A DNA stretch of 64,000 nucleotides from Escherichia coli (GCF_003334405.1 NZ_QOWM01000001.1); one strand, 5' to 3'; shown: positions 26,372 to 37,149, counted from the first letter of the stretch. Made by a program: numbers and translations. Notes: a model not told the origin generated them from the letters alone.

Positions 26372-28390
26372 TTAGACGGCAATAGCGATTAGCAGCACAA
26401 CCAGTGCGGCGACCACATACAGGCAATAGAGACGAAAGTCGCCGCTTTGCAGATGCTGTATTTCTTTGGCCAGCCGTTGGGTGGCGCTCACGATGGGGCG
26501 GATCACCCGCTCATCCCAGAAGGGTTCTGTGCTCTGAGCCCTGGCGGTGACGTGCGCAAGACCTTTATTTAGCCTCAGCGTAGGGTCGAGCTGTTGTCGT
26601 AGACGAAATAGCGCAGAAAAGACCACACGCAGCGGCTGCATCACGCCATTGCCTGACGGGGCCATCGCATTTTCCCAGCCGTAGCCGCATGCCCAGGCAT
26701 CTCCTGTGCGACGAAACGCTGCGCGGCGCGAACGACACCACAGCCAGTAAAGGCCAGGCAGCAAAGGCATCGCCAGTAGTAACAGCAACAGTAATGAGGG
26801 GGTGACCTGTGTATGAAACGTGCCGGGTACAAGTGCTATTCCGCTGGCGACAGTGGCGGGAGGGGTATTGGTAAACGCATGGGCAATATGCATTATCTTC
26901 GGTGCCAGCCAACTGGCACTAAGCGCAATTAATACGCAGAGTGCCGCGAGCAGTAGCATGGCGACGATCATCGTATTTGGCACTTCCTGTGCCTCTTCAG
27001 CGTGTGTACTGCGCGGCGCACCACAGAAAGTAATACCGTACATTTTTACGAAGCACATTACTGCCAGCCCACCAGTGACTGCCAGCATTACCATAGCAAT
27101 AGGACCCGCAAGTTGTAGCGCTACGGCTTCCACACGACTTAGTGAGAACAGCGACTGCCAGGTGTACCATTCGCTGATAAAACCATTCAGCGGAGGAATG
27201 GCTGATATCGCGAGGCAACCAATCAGGCATGCTGCGGCTGTCCACGGCATCCGTTTCGCTAGTGCCCCCATTTTTTCCATGTCGTGGGTATGCAAACGCG
27301 AAATAATCGCTCCCGCGCCGAGAAATAGCAGCCCTTTGAACAGCGCATGGTTGAGCAGATGAAACAGTGCGCCGAGCAGTCCAACCACGGTGAGCAGCGG
27401 GTCGTGCAGTGACAGACCGACCATCGCCACACCGACTGCCAGCAAAATAATGCCGACGTTTTCGACGGTACTCCAGGCCAGCAGCCGTTTGATATCCTGT
27501 TCCGCCAGCGCATATAGCACGCCCAGGAGCGCGGAGATTGCGCCGATCGCCATCACCAGAATGCCCCACCACAGAGGCAAACCCGTTTGCGCCAGCAGAT
27601 CCATCGCTACTTTCAGGATGCCGAAAATACCTATTTTGACCATTACGCCAGACATCAACGCCGAAGCGTGCGATGGTGCGGCAGGGTGAGCGCGCGGCAA
27701 CCAGCTGTGCAACGGCATCATCCCGGCTTTCGCGCCAAAACCGAAAAAGGCCAGCAGGAACACCGCCGACGCCAGCCCCGGAGAAAGTGAAAGCGTGCGG
27801 AAACTGGCAAAATCGAGGCTGCCGCTTTCGCGCCCCATCAGCAAGAAGGCGATCATTATCAGCACCGATCCGGCGTGGGCGATAAAAAAGTAGAGCATGC
27901 CAGCGTTGATCGACGTTTTATCCTGCCTGGCAATGACCAGAAACCAGGAAGACAGCGACATCATTTCAAACAGCACGATGAACCAAAAAGCGTTGTCCAT
28001 CACCAGCAGGGCAACCATCGATGCGATGAAAATATTCATAAAGAAGCCCATCGCCGCCGCGCCTTTGCCCTCGTATTCGCGCATATAAGTCAATGAATAG
28101 AGAGAACAAACCACCACCAGCAAGGAGATAACCAGCACCATAAATGCCGAGAGGCTATCCATTCGCAGGGTTAAATCGGCAAATTCAAAAGGGGTGGCAA
28201 AACGGGCGACTAAAGTTACACCAGCATGTAATTGCGTAATTCCGCTGATGATGCCAATCACGCCGCCCACCAGCGATGTGATGCCGGAAAGCTTAATAGC
28301 CAGTCTGTCCAGACCGAGTAAAAACAGCGAAGCCAGACTAGCAAACAGATAGAGAATCAGCGACCAGGTTAATAATTGCAGGGCATCCAT
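26372..28390 (-). CDS. hyfB: Hydrogenase-4 membrane subunit HyfB (NuoL-like antiporter-like)
   Basis: 672-aa polytopic protein. Confidence 0.9.
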   Translation of the reverse strand: MDALQLLTWSLILYLFASLASLFLLGLDRLAIKLSGITSLVGGVIGIISGITQLHAGVTLVARFATPFEFADLTLRMDSLSAFMVLVISLLVVVCSLYSLTYMREYEGKGAAAMGFFMNIFIASMVALLVMDNAFWFIVLFEMMSLSSWFLVIARQDKTSINAGMLYFFIAHAGSVLIMIAFLLMGRESGSLDFASFRTLSLSPGLASAVFLLAFFGFGAKAGMMPLHSWLPRAHPAAPSHASALMSGVMVKIGIFGILKVAMDLLAQTGLPLWWGILVMAIGAISALLGVLYALAEQDIKRLLAWSTVENVGIILLAVGVAMVGLSLHDPLLTVVGLLGALFHLLNHALFKGLLFLGAGAIISRLHTHDMEKMGALAKRMPWTAAACLIGCLAISAIPPLNGFISEWYTWQSLFSLSRVEAVALQLAGPIAMVMLAVTGGLAVMCFVKMYGITFCGAPRSTHAEEAQEVPNTMIVAMLLLAALCVLIALSASWLAPKIMHIAHAFTNTPPATVASGIALVPGTFHTQVTPSLLLLLLLAMPLLPGLYWLWCRSRRAAFRRTGDAWACGYGWENAMAPSGNGVMQPLRVVFSALFRLRQQLDPTLRLNKGLAHVTARAQSTEPFWDERVIRPIVSATQRLAKEIQHLQSGDFRLYCLYVVAALVVLLIAIAV

Positions 28391-29007
28391 TAGCGTTGCT
28401 CCTGAGTGAGGGAAAGGGGATCCTCCCCGCCATTGGCAAACCAGCTTGCGGCAAGGCGCTGTTTTTCTTTCATCTGACGTTGCAGGCTATCACCGGTGAT
28501 CAGCCGTAACGCCTGATTCGGGCAAGCGCGAACGCAGGCCGGACCTTCTGGCAAGAAATCACACAGGTCGCATTTCACCGCGACGGTCTGGACACCAGGT
28601 TCCCAGCGCAGCAAAGCATGTTGTGTTGGCGCGTTTTCTTCGCCGTCTTTGAGTGAGCCTTCAGCCTGAAAAACATATTGCGCATGGGCATTCACCGGAC
28701 GGCTTCCTGAAGCGCTGATTGCGCCAAATGGGCAGACCACGGCGCAAAGCTTGCAGCCAATACAGAGGCTTTCGTTGAGTTGGATCGCATCATCCCTCTG
28801 AGAGATGGCATTGACCGGGCAGACCTGCAGGCAAGGGGCTTCCTCACAGTGATGACACACGACAGGGGCAGTGATTGTTGACGTCTTCGCCAGGGCCAGG
28901 CGCGGGTGTTGCTGTAAACCTTGCGTTTTATGCACGTCCGAACAGGCAGCGAGACAGGTATTACATCCTGTACACCACAGTGGTTCGGCCACCACAAAGC
29001 GGTTCAT
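28390..29007 (-). CDS. hyfA: Hydrogenase-4 ferredoxin-type subunit HyfA (multi-[4Fe-4S])
   Basis: 205 aa from the ATG at 29005-29007 (MNRFVVAEPLWCTGCNTCLAAC); four Cys clusters. Confidence 0.9.
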   Translation of the reverse strand: MNRFVVAEPLWCTGCNTCLAACSDVHKTQGLQQHPRLALAKTSTITAPVVCHHCEEAPCLQVCPVNAISQRDDAIQLNESLCIGCKLCAVVCPFGAISASGSRPVNAHAQYVFQAEGSLKDGEENAPTQHALLRWEPGVQTVAVKCDLCDFLPEGPACVRACPNQALRLITGDSLQRQMKEKQRLAASWFANGGEDPLSLTQEQR

Positions 29008-29047
29008 GTCGGCTCCTTGAAAATGATATGAAACATTGCATTTCATA

Positions 29048-29065
29048 TTGCATAAAGGATGCCAT
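29048..29065 (-). promoter_or_regulatory. Candidate sigma-54 (-24/-12) promoter of the hyf operon
   Basis: Reverse strand reads TGGCATCCTTTATGCA, with GG and GC at the canonical 12-bp spacing (consensus TGGCAC-N5-TTGCA), about 40 bp upstream of hyfA and consistent with the sigma-54 activator HyfR encoded in the locus. Confidence 0.5.
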
Positions 29066-29259
29066 TCTGATTAACTCAATATATTCAATAAGTTATGTAT
29101 TAACTGGATTCTGAACGGTACAAAAATGATGGTCATTAACGTTCAGCAAAAAATGGATTCGACACCCGTGTCGCAGGGGAAAGCGAGAATGTGATCTTGA
29201 TCACGAGAAGTGAGGTATGCTGGCCGCAAGCGCAGCCAGCACGGAATGGAGCAAAGTAA

Positions 29260-29730
29260 TCAGGCGTGTTCTTTCAGCCAGTTCAGCACAACGTCGTGGT
29301 GATTGCTGGTTTTGAAATCGTCAAAGACATGTTCGATTTTGCCATCAGCGTCAATCAGGAAGCTGATGCGATGAATGCCATCGTAGGTTTTGCCCATGAA
29401 GGACTTTTCACCCCAGACGCCGAATTGTTCGCACACCTGGTGGTCCTCATCAGACAGGAGCGTAAAGTTAAGCAGCTCTTTTTCCGCAAAACGGGAGAGT
29501 TTTTCGGGTTTATCGGTGCTGATACCCAGCACATCAACGCCCGCTTTTTTCAACTCATCCATGTTATCGCGTAAGCCGCAGGCCTGTACGGTACAGCCGG
29601 GGGTCATGGCTTTCGGGTAGAAATAAACCAGAACACGCTGTCCCTGGAAGTCGGTCAAATTAACTTGTTCTCCGTCTTGATCCGGCAAGCTAAATTTCGG
29701 TGCGATATCACCGGCTTTCAGTGGATTCAT
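29260..29730 (-). CDS. bcp: Thiol peroxidase Bcp (peroxiredoxin)
   Basis: 156 aa; peroxidatic-Cys motif AMTPGCTVQACG. Confidence 0.95.
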   Translation of the reverse strand: MNPLKAGDIAPKFSLPDQDGEQVNLTDFQGQRVLVYFYPKAMTPGCTVQACGLRDNMDELKKAGVDVLGISTDKPEKLSRFAEKELLNFTLLSDEDHQVCEQFGVWGEKSFMGKTYDGIHRISFLIDADGKIEHVFDDFKTSNHHDVVLNWLKEHA

Positions 29731-30302
29731 TACTTAACTCCATCCTGTTCATCATGTTGGGAATAATTGACGACGTTAATACTGCCTTGTGCATTGAGTT
29801 CTGTACATAGGGCTTTGAACGCTTGCTCAATATTTGCTGCGTCCGCAGATGCGGGGCTGTGGGCGGTTATCTGAATATGCAACTGCGCAGCCCGTTCATT
29901 TTCAGCAGGTTGCGTGCGCGACACCAGCTCCGCAATGTTCATATGATGCGCGTCGAAAAGTGCTGTGAAGCGTTCAATTAAATGCGGGGAGTCTGCCACA
30001 TCGACCTGAACCCAGACAGATGCTGGCATTGGCGGACGCGGACGCGCCGTCGTGCGCTTCATCACGATTAAAAGATCCAGTTCGGCACCTTTCAACGGTA
30101 ACGTTGATTCAATCAGAGTAATGGCATTCCATGAACCGGAAAGCAGCATAATAAACGTGAACTCTTCTCCCAGCATCGCCAGGCGACTGTCTTCAATATT
30201 ACAGCCGCAACTACTGACATGACGGGTGATGGTGTTCACAATTCCAGGGCGATCGGCACCCAACGCAGTGATCACCAGATAATGTTGCGATGACAGTGTC
30301 AA
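29730..30302 (-). CDS. gcvR: Glycine cleavage system transcriptional repressor GcvR (tandem ACT domains)
   Basis: 190 aa if started at the TTG at 30300-30302 (then TLSSQHYLVITALGADRPGIV); the track ORF is 22 codons longer; stop overlaps the bcp start by 1 nt. Confidence 0.8.
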   Translation of the reverse strand: MTLSSQHYLVITALGADRPGIVNTITRHVSSCGCNIEDSRLAMLGEEFTFIMLLSGSWNAITLIESTLPLKGAELDLLIVMKRTTARPRPPMPASVWVQVDVADSPHLIERFTALFDAHHMNIAELVSRTQPAENERAAQLHIQITAHSPASADAANIEQAFKALCTELNAQGSINVVNYSQHDEQDGVK

Positions 30303-30447
30303 ACTGGTTATTCCTTTAAGGGGTGAGTTGTTCTTAAGGAAAGCATAAAAAAAACATGCATACAACAATCAGAACGGTTCTGTCTGCTTGCTTTTAATGC
30401 CATACCAAACGTACCATTGAGACACTTGTTTGCACAGAGGATGGCCC

Positions 30448-31326
30448 ATGTTCACGGGAAGTATTGTCGCGATTGTTACTCCGATGGATGAAAAAGGTAA
30501 TGTCTGTCGGGCTAGCTTGAAAAAACTGATTGATTATCATGTCGCCAGCGGTACTTCGGCGATCGTTTCTGTTGGCACCACTGGCGAGTCCGCTACCTTA
30601 AATCATGACGAACATGCTGATGTGGTGATGATGACGCTGGATCTGGCTGATGGGCGCATTCCGGTAATTGCCGGGACCGGCGCTAACGCTACTGCGGAAG
30701 CCATTAGCCTGACGCAGCGCTTCAATGACAGTGGTATCGTCGGCTGCCTGACGGTAACCCCTTACTACAATCGTCCGTCGCAAGAAGGTTTGTATCAGCA
30801 TTTCAAAGCCATCGCTGAGCATACTGACCTGCCGCAAATTCTGTATAATGTGCCGTCCCGTACTGGCTGCGATCTGCTCCCGGAAACGGTGGGCCGTCTG
30901 GCGAAAGTAAAAAATATTATCGGAATCAAAGAGGCAACAGGGAACTTAACGCGTGTAAACCAGATCAAAGAGCTGGTTTCAGATGATTTTGTTCTGCTGA
31001 GCGGCGATGATGCGAGCGCGCTGGACTTCATGCAATTGGGCGGTCATGGGGTTATTTCCGTTACGGCTAACGTCGCAGCGCGTGATATGGCCCAGATGTG
31101 CAAACTGGCAGCAGAAGGGCATTTTGCCGAGGCACGCGTTATTAATCAGCGTCTGATGCCATTACACAACAAACTATTTGTCGAACCCAATCCAATCCCG
31201 GTGAAATGGGCATGTAAGGAACTGGGTCTTGTGGCGACCGATACGCTGCGCCTGCCAATGACACCAATCACCGACAGTGGTCGTGAGACGGTCAGAGCGG
31301 CGCTTAAGCATGCCGGTTTGCTGTAA
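30448..31326 (+). CDS. dapA: 4-hydroxy-tetrahydrodipicolinate synthase DapA
   Basis: 292 aa from the ATG at 30448 ([17 protein letters not shown]); DHDPS family. Confidence 0.95.
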
Positions 31327-31342
31327 AGTTTAGGGAGATTTG

Positions 31343-32377
31343 ATGGCTTACTCTGTTCAAAAGTCGCGCCTGGCAAAGGTTGCGGGTGTTTCGCTTGTTT
31401 TATTACTCGCTGCCTGTAGTTCTGACTCACGCTATAAGCGTCAGGTCAGTGGTGATGAAGCCTACCTGGAAGCGGCACCGCTTGCGGAGCTTCATGCCCC
31501 GGCTGGAATGATTTTGCCGGTGACCTCCGGTGATTATGCAATCCCGGTGACCAACGGTAGTGGTGCTGTCGGTAAGGCGCTGGACATTCGTCCACCAGCC
31601 CAGCCGCTGGCACTGGTTTCTGGCGCGCGTACCCAGTTCACGGGCGATACCGCTTCATTGCTGGTGGAAAATGGTCGTGGCAATACTCTGTGGCCGCAGG
31701 TGGTTAGCGTGCTGCAGGCGAAAAACTACACCATCACCCAACGTGATGATGCTGGTCAGACACTGACCACCGATTGGGTACAATGGAACCGTCTGGACGA
31801 AGACGAGCAGTATCGTGGTCGTTATCAAATCTCTGTTAAGCCGCAGGGTTATCAGCAGGCGGTTACGGTTAAACTGCTGAACCTGGAACAGGCGGGCAAA
31901 CCGGTTGCAGACGCGGCTTCCATGCAGCGTTACAGCACGGAGATGATGAACGTTATTTCCGCCGGTCTGGATAAATCTGCCACTGACGCCGCGAACGCTG
32001 CGCAAAATCGTGCCTCCACCACTATGGACGTACAAAGTGCAGCTGATGACACCGGTTTACCAATGCTGGTCGTACGCGGGCCGTTCAATGTGGTTTGGCA
32101 ACGTCTGCCAGCGGCGCTGGAAAAAGTGGGCATGAAAGTGACCGACAGCACCCGTTCGCAGGGCAACATGGCCGTAACTTATAAGCCGCTGTCTGACAGC
32201 GACTGGCAGGAACTGGGCGCGAGCGATCCAGGCCTGGCATCCGGTGACTATAAACTGCAGGTTGGCGATTTAGATAACCGCAGCAGCCTACAGTTCATCG
32301 ATCCGAAAGGTCATACTCTGACTCAGAGTCAGAACGACGCGCTGGTAGCTGTCTTCCAGGCTGCGTTTAGCAAGTAA
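31343..32377 (+). CDS. bamC: Outer-membrane lipoprotein BamC (NlpB)
   Basis: ATG at 31343 after an AGGGAG ribosome-binding site; lipoprotein signal with LLAACSS lipobox. Confidence 0.9.
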
Positions 32378-32383
32378 AAATAC

Positions 32384-32410
32384 AGGGCTGGAATCATCCG
32401 GCCCTTTTTT
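32384..32410 (+). terminator. Intrinsic terminator after bamC
   Basis: GGGCTGGA-atca-TCCGGCCC hairpin followed by TTTTTT. Confidence 0.65.
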
Positions 32411-32426
32411 CTGATATGATACGCAA
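32411..32426. promoter_or_regulatory. Candidate PurR operator upstream of purC
   Basis: ACGCAAACGTGTGCGT matches the PurR box consensus at 14 of 16 positions; lies about 165 bp upstream of the purC ATG, so its position relative to the transcription start is uncertain. Confidence 0.5.
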
Positions 32427-32482
32427 ACGTGTGCGTCTGCAGGAAAACGCGATTTTAGCGGTAATTCGCACGAAATTTGTTT

Positions 32483-32540
<58 letters not shown>

Positions 32541-32589
32541 AGACAGCAAAAGATTTTAAAACGTTAATTCACACCCAGGAGTGATAAAG

Positions 32590-33303
32590 ATGCAAAAGCA
32601 AGCTGAGTTGTATCGTGGTAAAGCGAAAACCGTATACAGCACGGAAAACCCGGACCTGTTGGTGCTCGAATTCCGCAATGATACGTCAGCAGGGGATGGC
32701 GCGCGCATTGAGCAGTTTGATCGCAAAGGTATGGTGAACAACAAGTTCAACTACTTCATTATGAGCAAACTGGCTGAAGCGGGTATCCCGACTCAAATGG
32801 AGCGTCTGCTCTCCGATACCGAATGTCTGGTGAAAAAGCTGGATATGGTGCCGGTTGAGTGTGTCGTGCGTAACCGTGCTGCTGGCTCTCTGGTGAAACG
32901 TCTTGGAATCGAAGAAGGTATTGAGCTGAACCCGCCGCTGTTCGATCTGTTCCTGAAAAACGACGCCATGCACGATCCGATGGTCAACGAATCTTACTGC
33001 GAAACCTTTGGCTGGGTGAGCAAAGAGAACCTGGCGCGTATGAAAGAGCTGACCTACAAAGCGAACGACGTGCTGAAAAAACTGTTCGATGATGCTGGTC
33101 TGATTCTGGTCGACTTCAAGCTGGAATTTGGTCTGTACAAAGGCGAAGTGGTACTGGGTGATGAGTTCTCCCCGGACGGTAGCCGCCTGTGGGACAAAGA
33201 AACGCTGGAGAAAATGGACAAAGACCGTTTCCGCCAGAGCCTCGGTGGCCTGATCGAAGCCTATGAAGCCGTCGCCCGCCGCCTGGGTGTACAGCTGGAC
33301 TGA
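32590..33303 (+). CDS. purC: SAICAR synthetase PurC
   Basis: 237 aa from the ATG at 32590 ([17 protein letters not shown]). Confidence 0.95.
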
Positions 33304-33470
33304 TTTTTCTGTTCATCATCTTGCCGTGCAGCTGGCACGGCAAGACAACCGCTCTCGGAATATATGCATTGAACGCTCATTCCTCCGCCATTTCATCCCG
33401 CTTTCCTGTGGTAATCTTCCTCTGAACCACCTACGATCATTTCTATAATGAATATATTGTTGAGGTATCT

Positions 33471-34334
33471 ATGCGTTGGCAAGGGCGACGTGAAAGTGAC
33501 AATGTTGAAGACAGGCGCAACAGCTCTGGTGGTCCATCTATGGGCGGTCCCGGTTTTCGCCTGCCAAGCGGTAAAGGCGGGCTGATTTTACTGATAGTCG
33601 TGCTGGTTGCAGGCTACTATGGTGTTGATTTAACCGGGTTGATGACCGGGCAGCCGGTTTCCCAACAACAATCAACGCGGTCAATTAGCCCAAATGAAGA
33701 CGAAGCCGCAAAATTCACCTCGGTGATTCTGGCAACCACGGAAGACACCTGGGGACAACAGTTCGAGAAGATGGGTAAGACCTATCAGCAACCGAAGCTG
33801 GTCATGTACCGTGGAATGACGCGTACCGGCTGCGGGGCGGGCCAGTCCATAATGGGGCCGTTCTATTGCCCGGCGGATGGCACGGTTTATATCGATCTCT
33901 CCTTCTATGATGACATGAAAGACAAACTTGGCGCGGATGGCGATTTTGCCCAGGGGTACGTTATCGCCCATGAAGTCGGTCATCATGTGCAGAAACTGTT
34001 AGGCATCGAGCCGAAAGTTCGTCAACTGCAACAAAACGCGACGCAGGCGGAAGTAAACCGCTTATCTGTGCGTATGGAACTCCAGGCCGACTGTTTTGCC
34101 GGTGTCTGGGGGCATAGTATGCAGCAGCAAGGCGTTCTGGAAACCGGCGATCTGGAAGAGGCGCTGAACGCGGCGCAGGCCATCGGCGATGACCGTTTAC
34201 AACAGCAAAGTCAGGGGCGAGTAGTACCAGACAGTTTCACTCATGGCACTTCTCAGCAACGCTACAGCTGGTTTAAACGTGGTTTCGACAGCGGCGATCC
34301 GGCACAATGCAATACTTTTGGTAAAAGCATTTAA
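33471..34334 (+). CDS. ypfJ: Putative zinc metallopeptidase YpfJ
   Basis: 287 aa; N-terminal hydrophobic segment; HEVGHH zincin motif. Confidence 0.8.
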
Positions 34335-34348
34335 CTTCCGGGGCAGGG

Positions 34349-36364
34349 ATGGCTGAACTGACTGCGCTTCACACATTAACAGCGCAAATGAAACGTGAAG
34401 GGATCCGCCGCTTGCTGGTGTTGAGCGGGGAAGAGGGTTGGTGTTTTGAGCATACTCTTAAGTTGCGTGATGCCTTACCTGGCGACTGGCTGTGGATTTC
34501 GCCGCGGCCAGATGCTGAAAACCACTGTTCTCCCTCGGCACTACAAACTTTACTTGGGCGCGAGTTCCGGCATGCGGTATTCGACGCCCGCCACGGCTTT
34601 GATGCCGCTGCCTTTGCCGCACTTAGCGGAACGTTGAAAGCGGGAAGCTGGCTGGTTTTGTTACTCCCTGTATGGGAAGAGTGGGAAAACCAACCTGATG
34701 CCGACTCGCTGCGCTGGAGTGATTGCCCTGACCCTATTGCGACGCCGCATTTTGTCCAGCATCTCAAACGCGTACTTACGGCGGATAACGAGGCTATCCT
34801 CTGGCGGCAAAACCAGCCATTCTCGTTGGCGCATTTTACTCCCCGTACTGACTGGTACCCCGCGACTGGCGCACCACAACCAGAACAACAGCAACTCTTA
34901 AAGCAGCTAATGACCATGCCGCCGGGCGTGGCAGCGGTAACGGCTGCGCGTGGGCGCGGTAAGTCGGCGTTGGCAGGGCAACTCATTTCTCGTATTGCGG
35001 GCAGAGCGATTGTCACCGCGCCCGCAAAAGCGTCAACGGATGTACTGGCACAATTTGCGGGCGAGAAGTTTCGCTTTATTGCGCCGGATGCCTTGTTAGC
35101 CAGCGATGAGCAAGCCGACTGGCTGGTGGTCGATGAAGCCGCAGCCATACCTGCGCCATTGTTGCATCAACTGGTATCGCGTTTTCCTCGAACGTTGTTA
35201 ACCACTACGGTGCAGGGCTACGAAGGCACCGGACGTGGTTTTTTGCTGAAATTTTGCGCTCGCTTTCCGCATTTACACCGTTTTGAACTGCAACAGCCGA
35301 TCCGCTGGGCGCAGGGATGCCCGCTGGAAAAAATGGTCAGCGAGGCACTGGTTTTTGACGATGAAAACTTCACCCATACACCACAAGGCAATATTGTCAT
35401 TTCCGCATTTGAACAGACGTTATGGCAAAGCGATCCAGAAACGCCGTTAAAGGTTTATCAGCTCTTGTCTGGTGCGCACTATCGGACTTCGCCGCTGGAT
35501 TTACGCCGGATGATGGATGCACCAGGGCAACATTTTTTACAGGCGGCTGGCGAAAACGAGATTGCCGGGGCGCTGTGGCTGGTGGATGAGGGTGGATTAT
35601 CTCAACAACTCAGTCAGGCGGTATGGGCAGGTTTTCGTCGCCCGCGGGGTAATCTGGTGGCCCAGTCGCTGGCGGCGCACGGCAACAATCCACTGGCGGC
35701 GACATTGCGTGGACGGCGGGTCAGCCGGATAGCAGTTCATCCGGCTCGTCAGCGGGAAGGCACAGGGCGGCAACTTATTGCTGGTGCTTTGCAATATACG
35801 CAAGACCTCGACTATCTTTCGGTGAGTTTTGGTTACACCGGGGAGTTATGGCGTTTCTGGCAACGCTGCGGTTTTGTGCTGGTGCGGATGGGTAATCATC
35901 GGGAAGCCAGCAGCGGTTGCTATACGGCGATGGCGCTGTTACCGATGAGTGATGCGGGTAAACAGCTGGCTGAACGTGAGCATTACCGTTTACGTCGCGA
36001 TGCGCAAGCTCTCGCGCAGTGGAATGGCGAAACGCTTCCTGTTGATCCACTAAACGATGCCGTCCTTTCTGACGACGACTGGCTTGAACTGGCCGGTTTT
36101 GCTTTCGCTCATCGTCCGCTATTAACGTCGTTAGGTTGCTTATTGCGTCTGTTACAAACCAGTGAACTGGCATTACCGGCGCTGCGTGGGCGTTTACAGA
36201 AAAACGCCAGTGATGCGCAGTTATGTACCACACTTAAACTTTCAGGCCGCAAGATGTTACTGGTCCGTCAGCGGGAAGAGGCCGCGCAGGCGCTGTTCGC
36301 ACTTAATGATGTTCGCACTGAGCGTCTGCGCGATCGCATAACGCAATGGCAATTATTTCACTGA
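34349..36364 (+). CDS. tmcA: tRNA(Met) cytidine acetyltransferase TmcA (helicase-like ATPase plus GNAT domain)
   Basis: 671 aa; Walker A AARGRGKSA; C-terminal acetyltransferase region. Confidence 0.85.
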   Translation: MAELTALHTLTAQMKREGIRRLLVLSGEEGWCFEHTLKLRDALPGDWLWISPRPDAENHCSPSALQTLLGREFRHAVFDARHGFDAAAFAALSGTLKAGSWLVLLLPVWEEWENQPDADSLRWSDCPDPIATPHFVQHLKRVLTADNEAILWRQNQPFSLAHFTPRTDWYPATGAPQPEQQQLLKQLMTMPPGVAAVTAARGRGKSALAGQLISRIAGRAIVTAPAKASTDVLAQFAGEKFRFIAPDALLASDEQADWLVVDEAAAIPAPLLHQLVSRFPRTLLTTTVQGYEGTGRGFLLKFCARFPHLHRFELQQPIRWAQGCPLEKMVSEALVFDDENFTHTPQGNIVISAFEQTLWQSDPETPLKVYQLLSGAHYRTSPLDLRRMMDAPGQHFLQAAGENEIAGALWLVDEGGLSQQLSQAVWAGFRRPRGNLVAQSLAAHGNNPLAATLRGRRVSRIAVHPARQREGTGRQLIAGALQYTQDLDYLSVSFGYTGELWRFWQRCGFVLVRMGNHREASSGCYTAMALLPMSDAGKQLAEREHYRLRRDAQALAQWNGETLPVDPLNDAVLSDDDWLELAGFAFAHRPLLTSLGCLLRLLQTSELALPALRGRLQKNASDAQLCTTLKLSGRKMLLVRQREEAAQALFALNDVRTERLRDRITQWQLFH

Positions 36365-36437
36365 CTCCTTCAATTTTATCTCATGGTCATTGTGAGTCAG
36401 CGGCGTAAAATTAATGACATCAGTTAAGGAGTTCGCC

Positions 36438-37136
36438 ATGAAACATGACCATTTTGTTGTTCAAAGCCCGGATAAACCTGCGCAACAGTTGTTACTGCTT
36501 TTCCACGGTGTCGGGGATAACCCGGTGGCAATGGGGGAAATAGGCAACTGGTTTGCACCGCTGTTTCCTGATGCGCTGGTGGTGAGTGTCGGTGGCGCGG
36601 AGCCGAGCGGTAATCCGGCGGGGCGTCAGTGGTTTTCGGTGCAGGGTATTACGGAAGATAATCGCCAGGCGCGTGTGGATGCGATCATGCCGACGTTTAT
36701 TGAAACGGTGCGCTACTGGCAGAAACAGAGCGGAGTAGGGGCTAACGCCACGGCGCTCATCGGTTTCTCTCAAGGCGCGATTATGGTGCTGGAGAGCATT
36801 AAAGCCGAACCGGGCCTTGCTTCACGCGTCATTGCTTTTAACGGACGCTATGCGAGCCTGCCGGAAACTGCGTCTACAGCCACGACAATTCACCTGATTC
36901 ATGGCGGTGAAGATCCGGTTATCGATCTGGCGCATGCGGTTGCTGCGCAGGAAGCGTTAATCAGTGCCGGTGGTGACGTGACGCTGGATATCGTGGAGGA
37001 TTTAGGCCATGCGATCGACAATCGCAGTATGCAATTTGCCCTGGATCACTTGCGTTATACCATTCCGAAACATTATTTCGACGAAGCGCTAAGTGGCGGT
37101 AAGCCTGGCGATGATGATGTGATTGAAATGATGTAA
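36438..37136 (+). CDS. ypfH: Alpha/beta-hydrolase-fold esterase YpfH
   Basis: 232 aa from the ATG at 36438 (MKHDHFVVQSP); GFSQG nucleophile-elbow motif. Confidence 0.8.
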   Translation: MKHDHFVVQSPDKPAQQLLLLFHGVGDNPVAMGEIGNWFAPLFPDALVVSVGGAEPSGNPAGRQWFSVQGITEDNRQARVDAIMPTFIETVRYWQKQSGVGANATALIGFSQGAIMVLESIKAEPGLASRVIAFNGRYASLPETASTATTIHLIHGGEDPVIDLAHAVAAQEALISAGGDVTLDIVEDLGHAIDNRSMQFALDHLRYTIPKHYFDEALSGGKPGDDDVIEMM

Positions 37137-37149
37137 AAGACAGATTACC

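Noticed and set aside
33263-33448. 61-aa ORF in the purC-ypfJ intergenic region
   Set aside because: Begins inside the purC 3' end, spans the terminator-like hairpin, has no ribosome-binding site, and gives a low-complexity translation.
34369-35148. 259-aa ORF antisense to tmcA, and similar antisense ORFs at 11124-11822, 35775-36233, 59218-59853 and 60879-61424
   Set aside because: All overlap confidently called genes on the opposite strand and show no motifs or translation signals.
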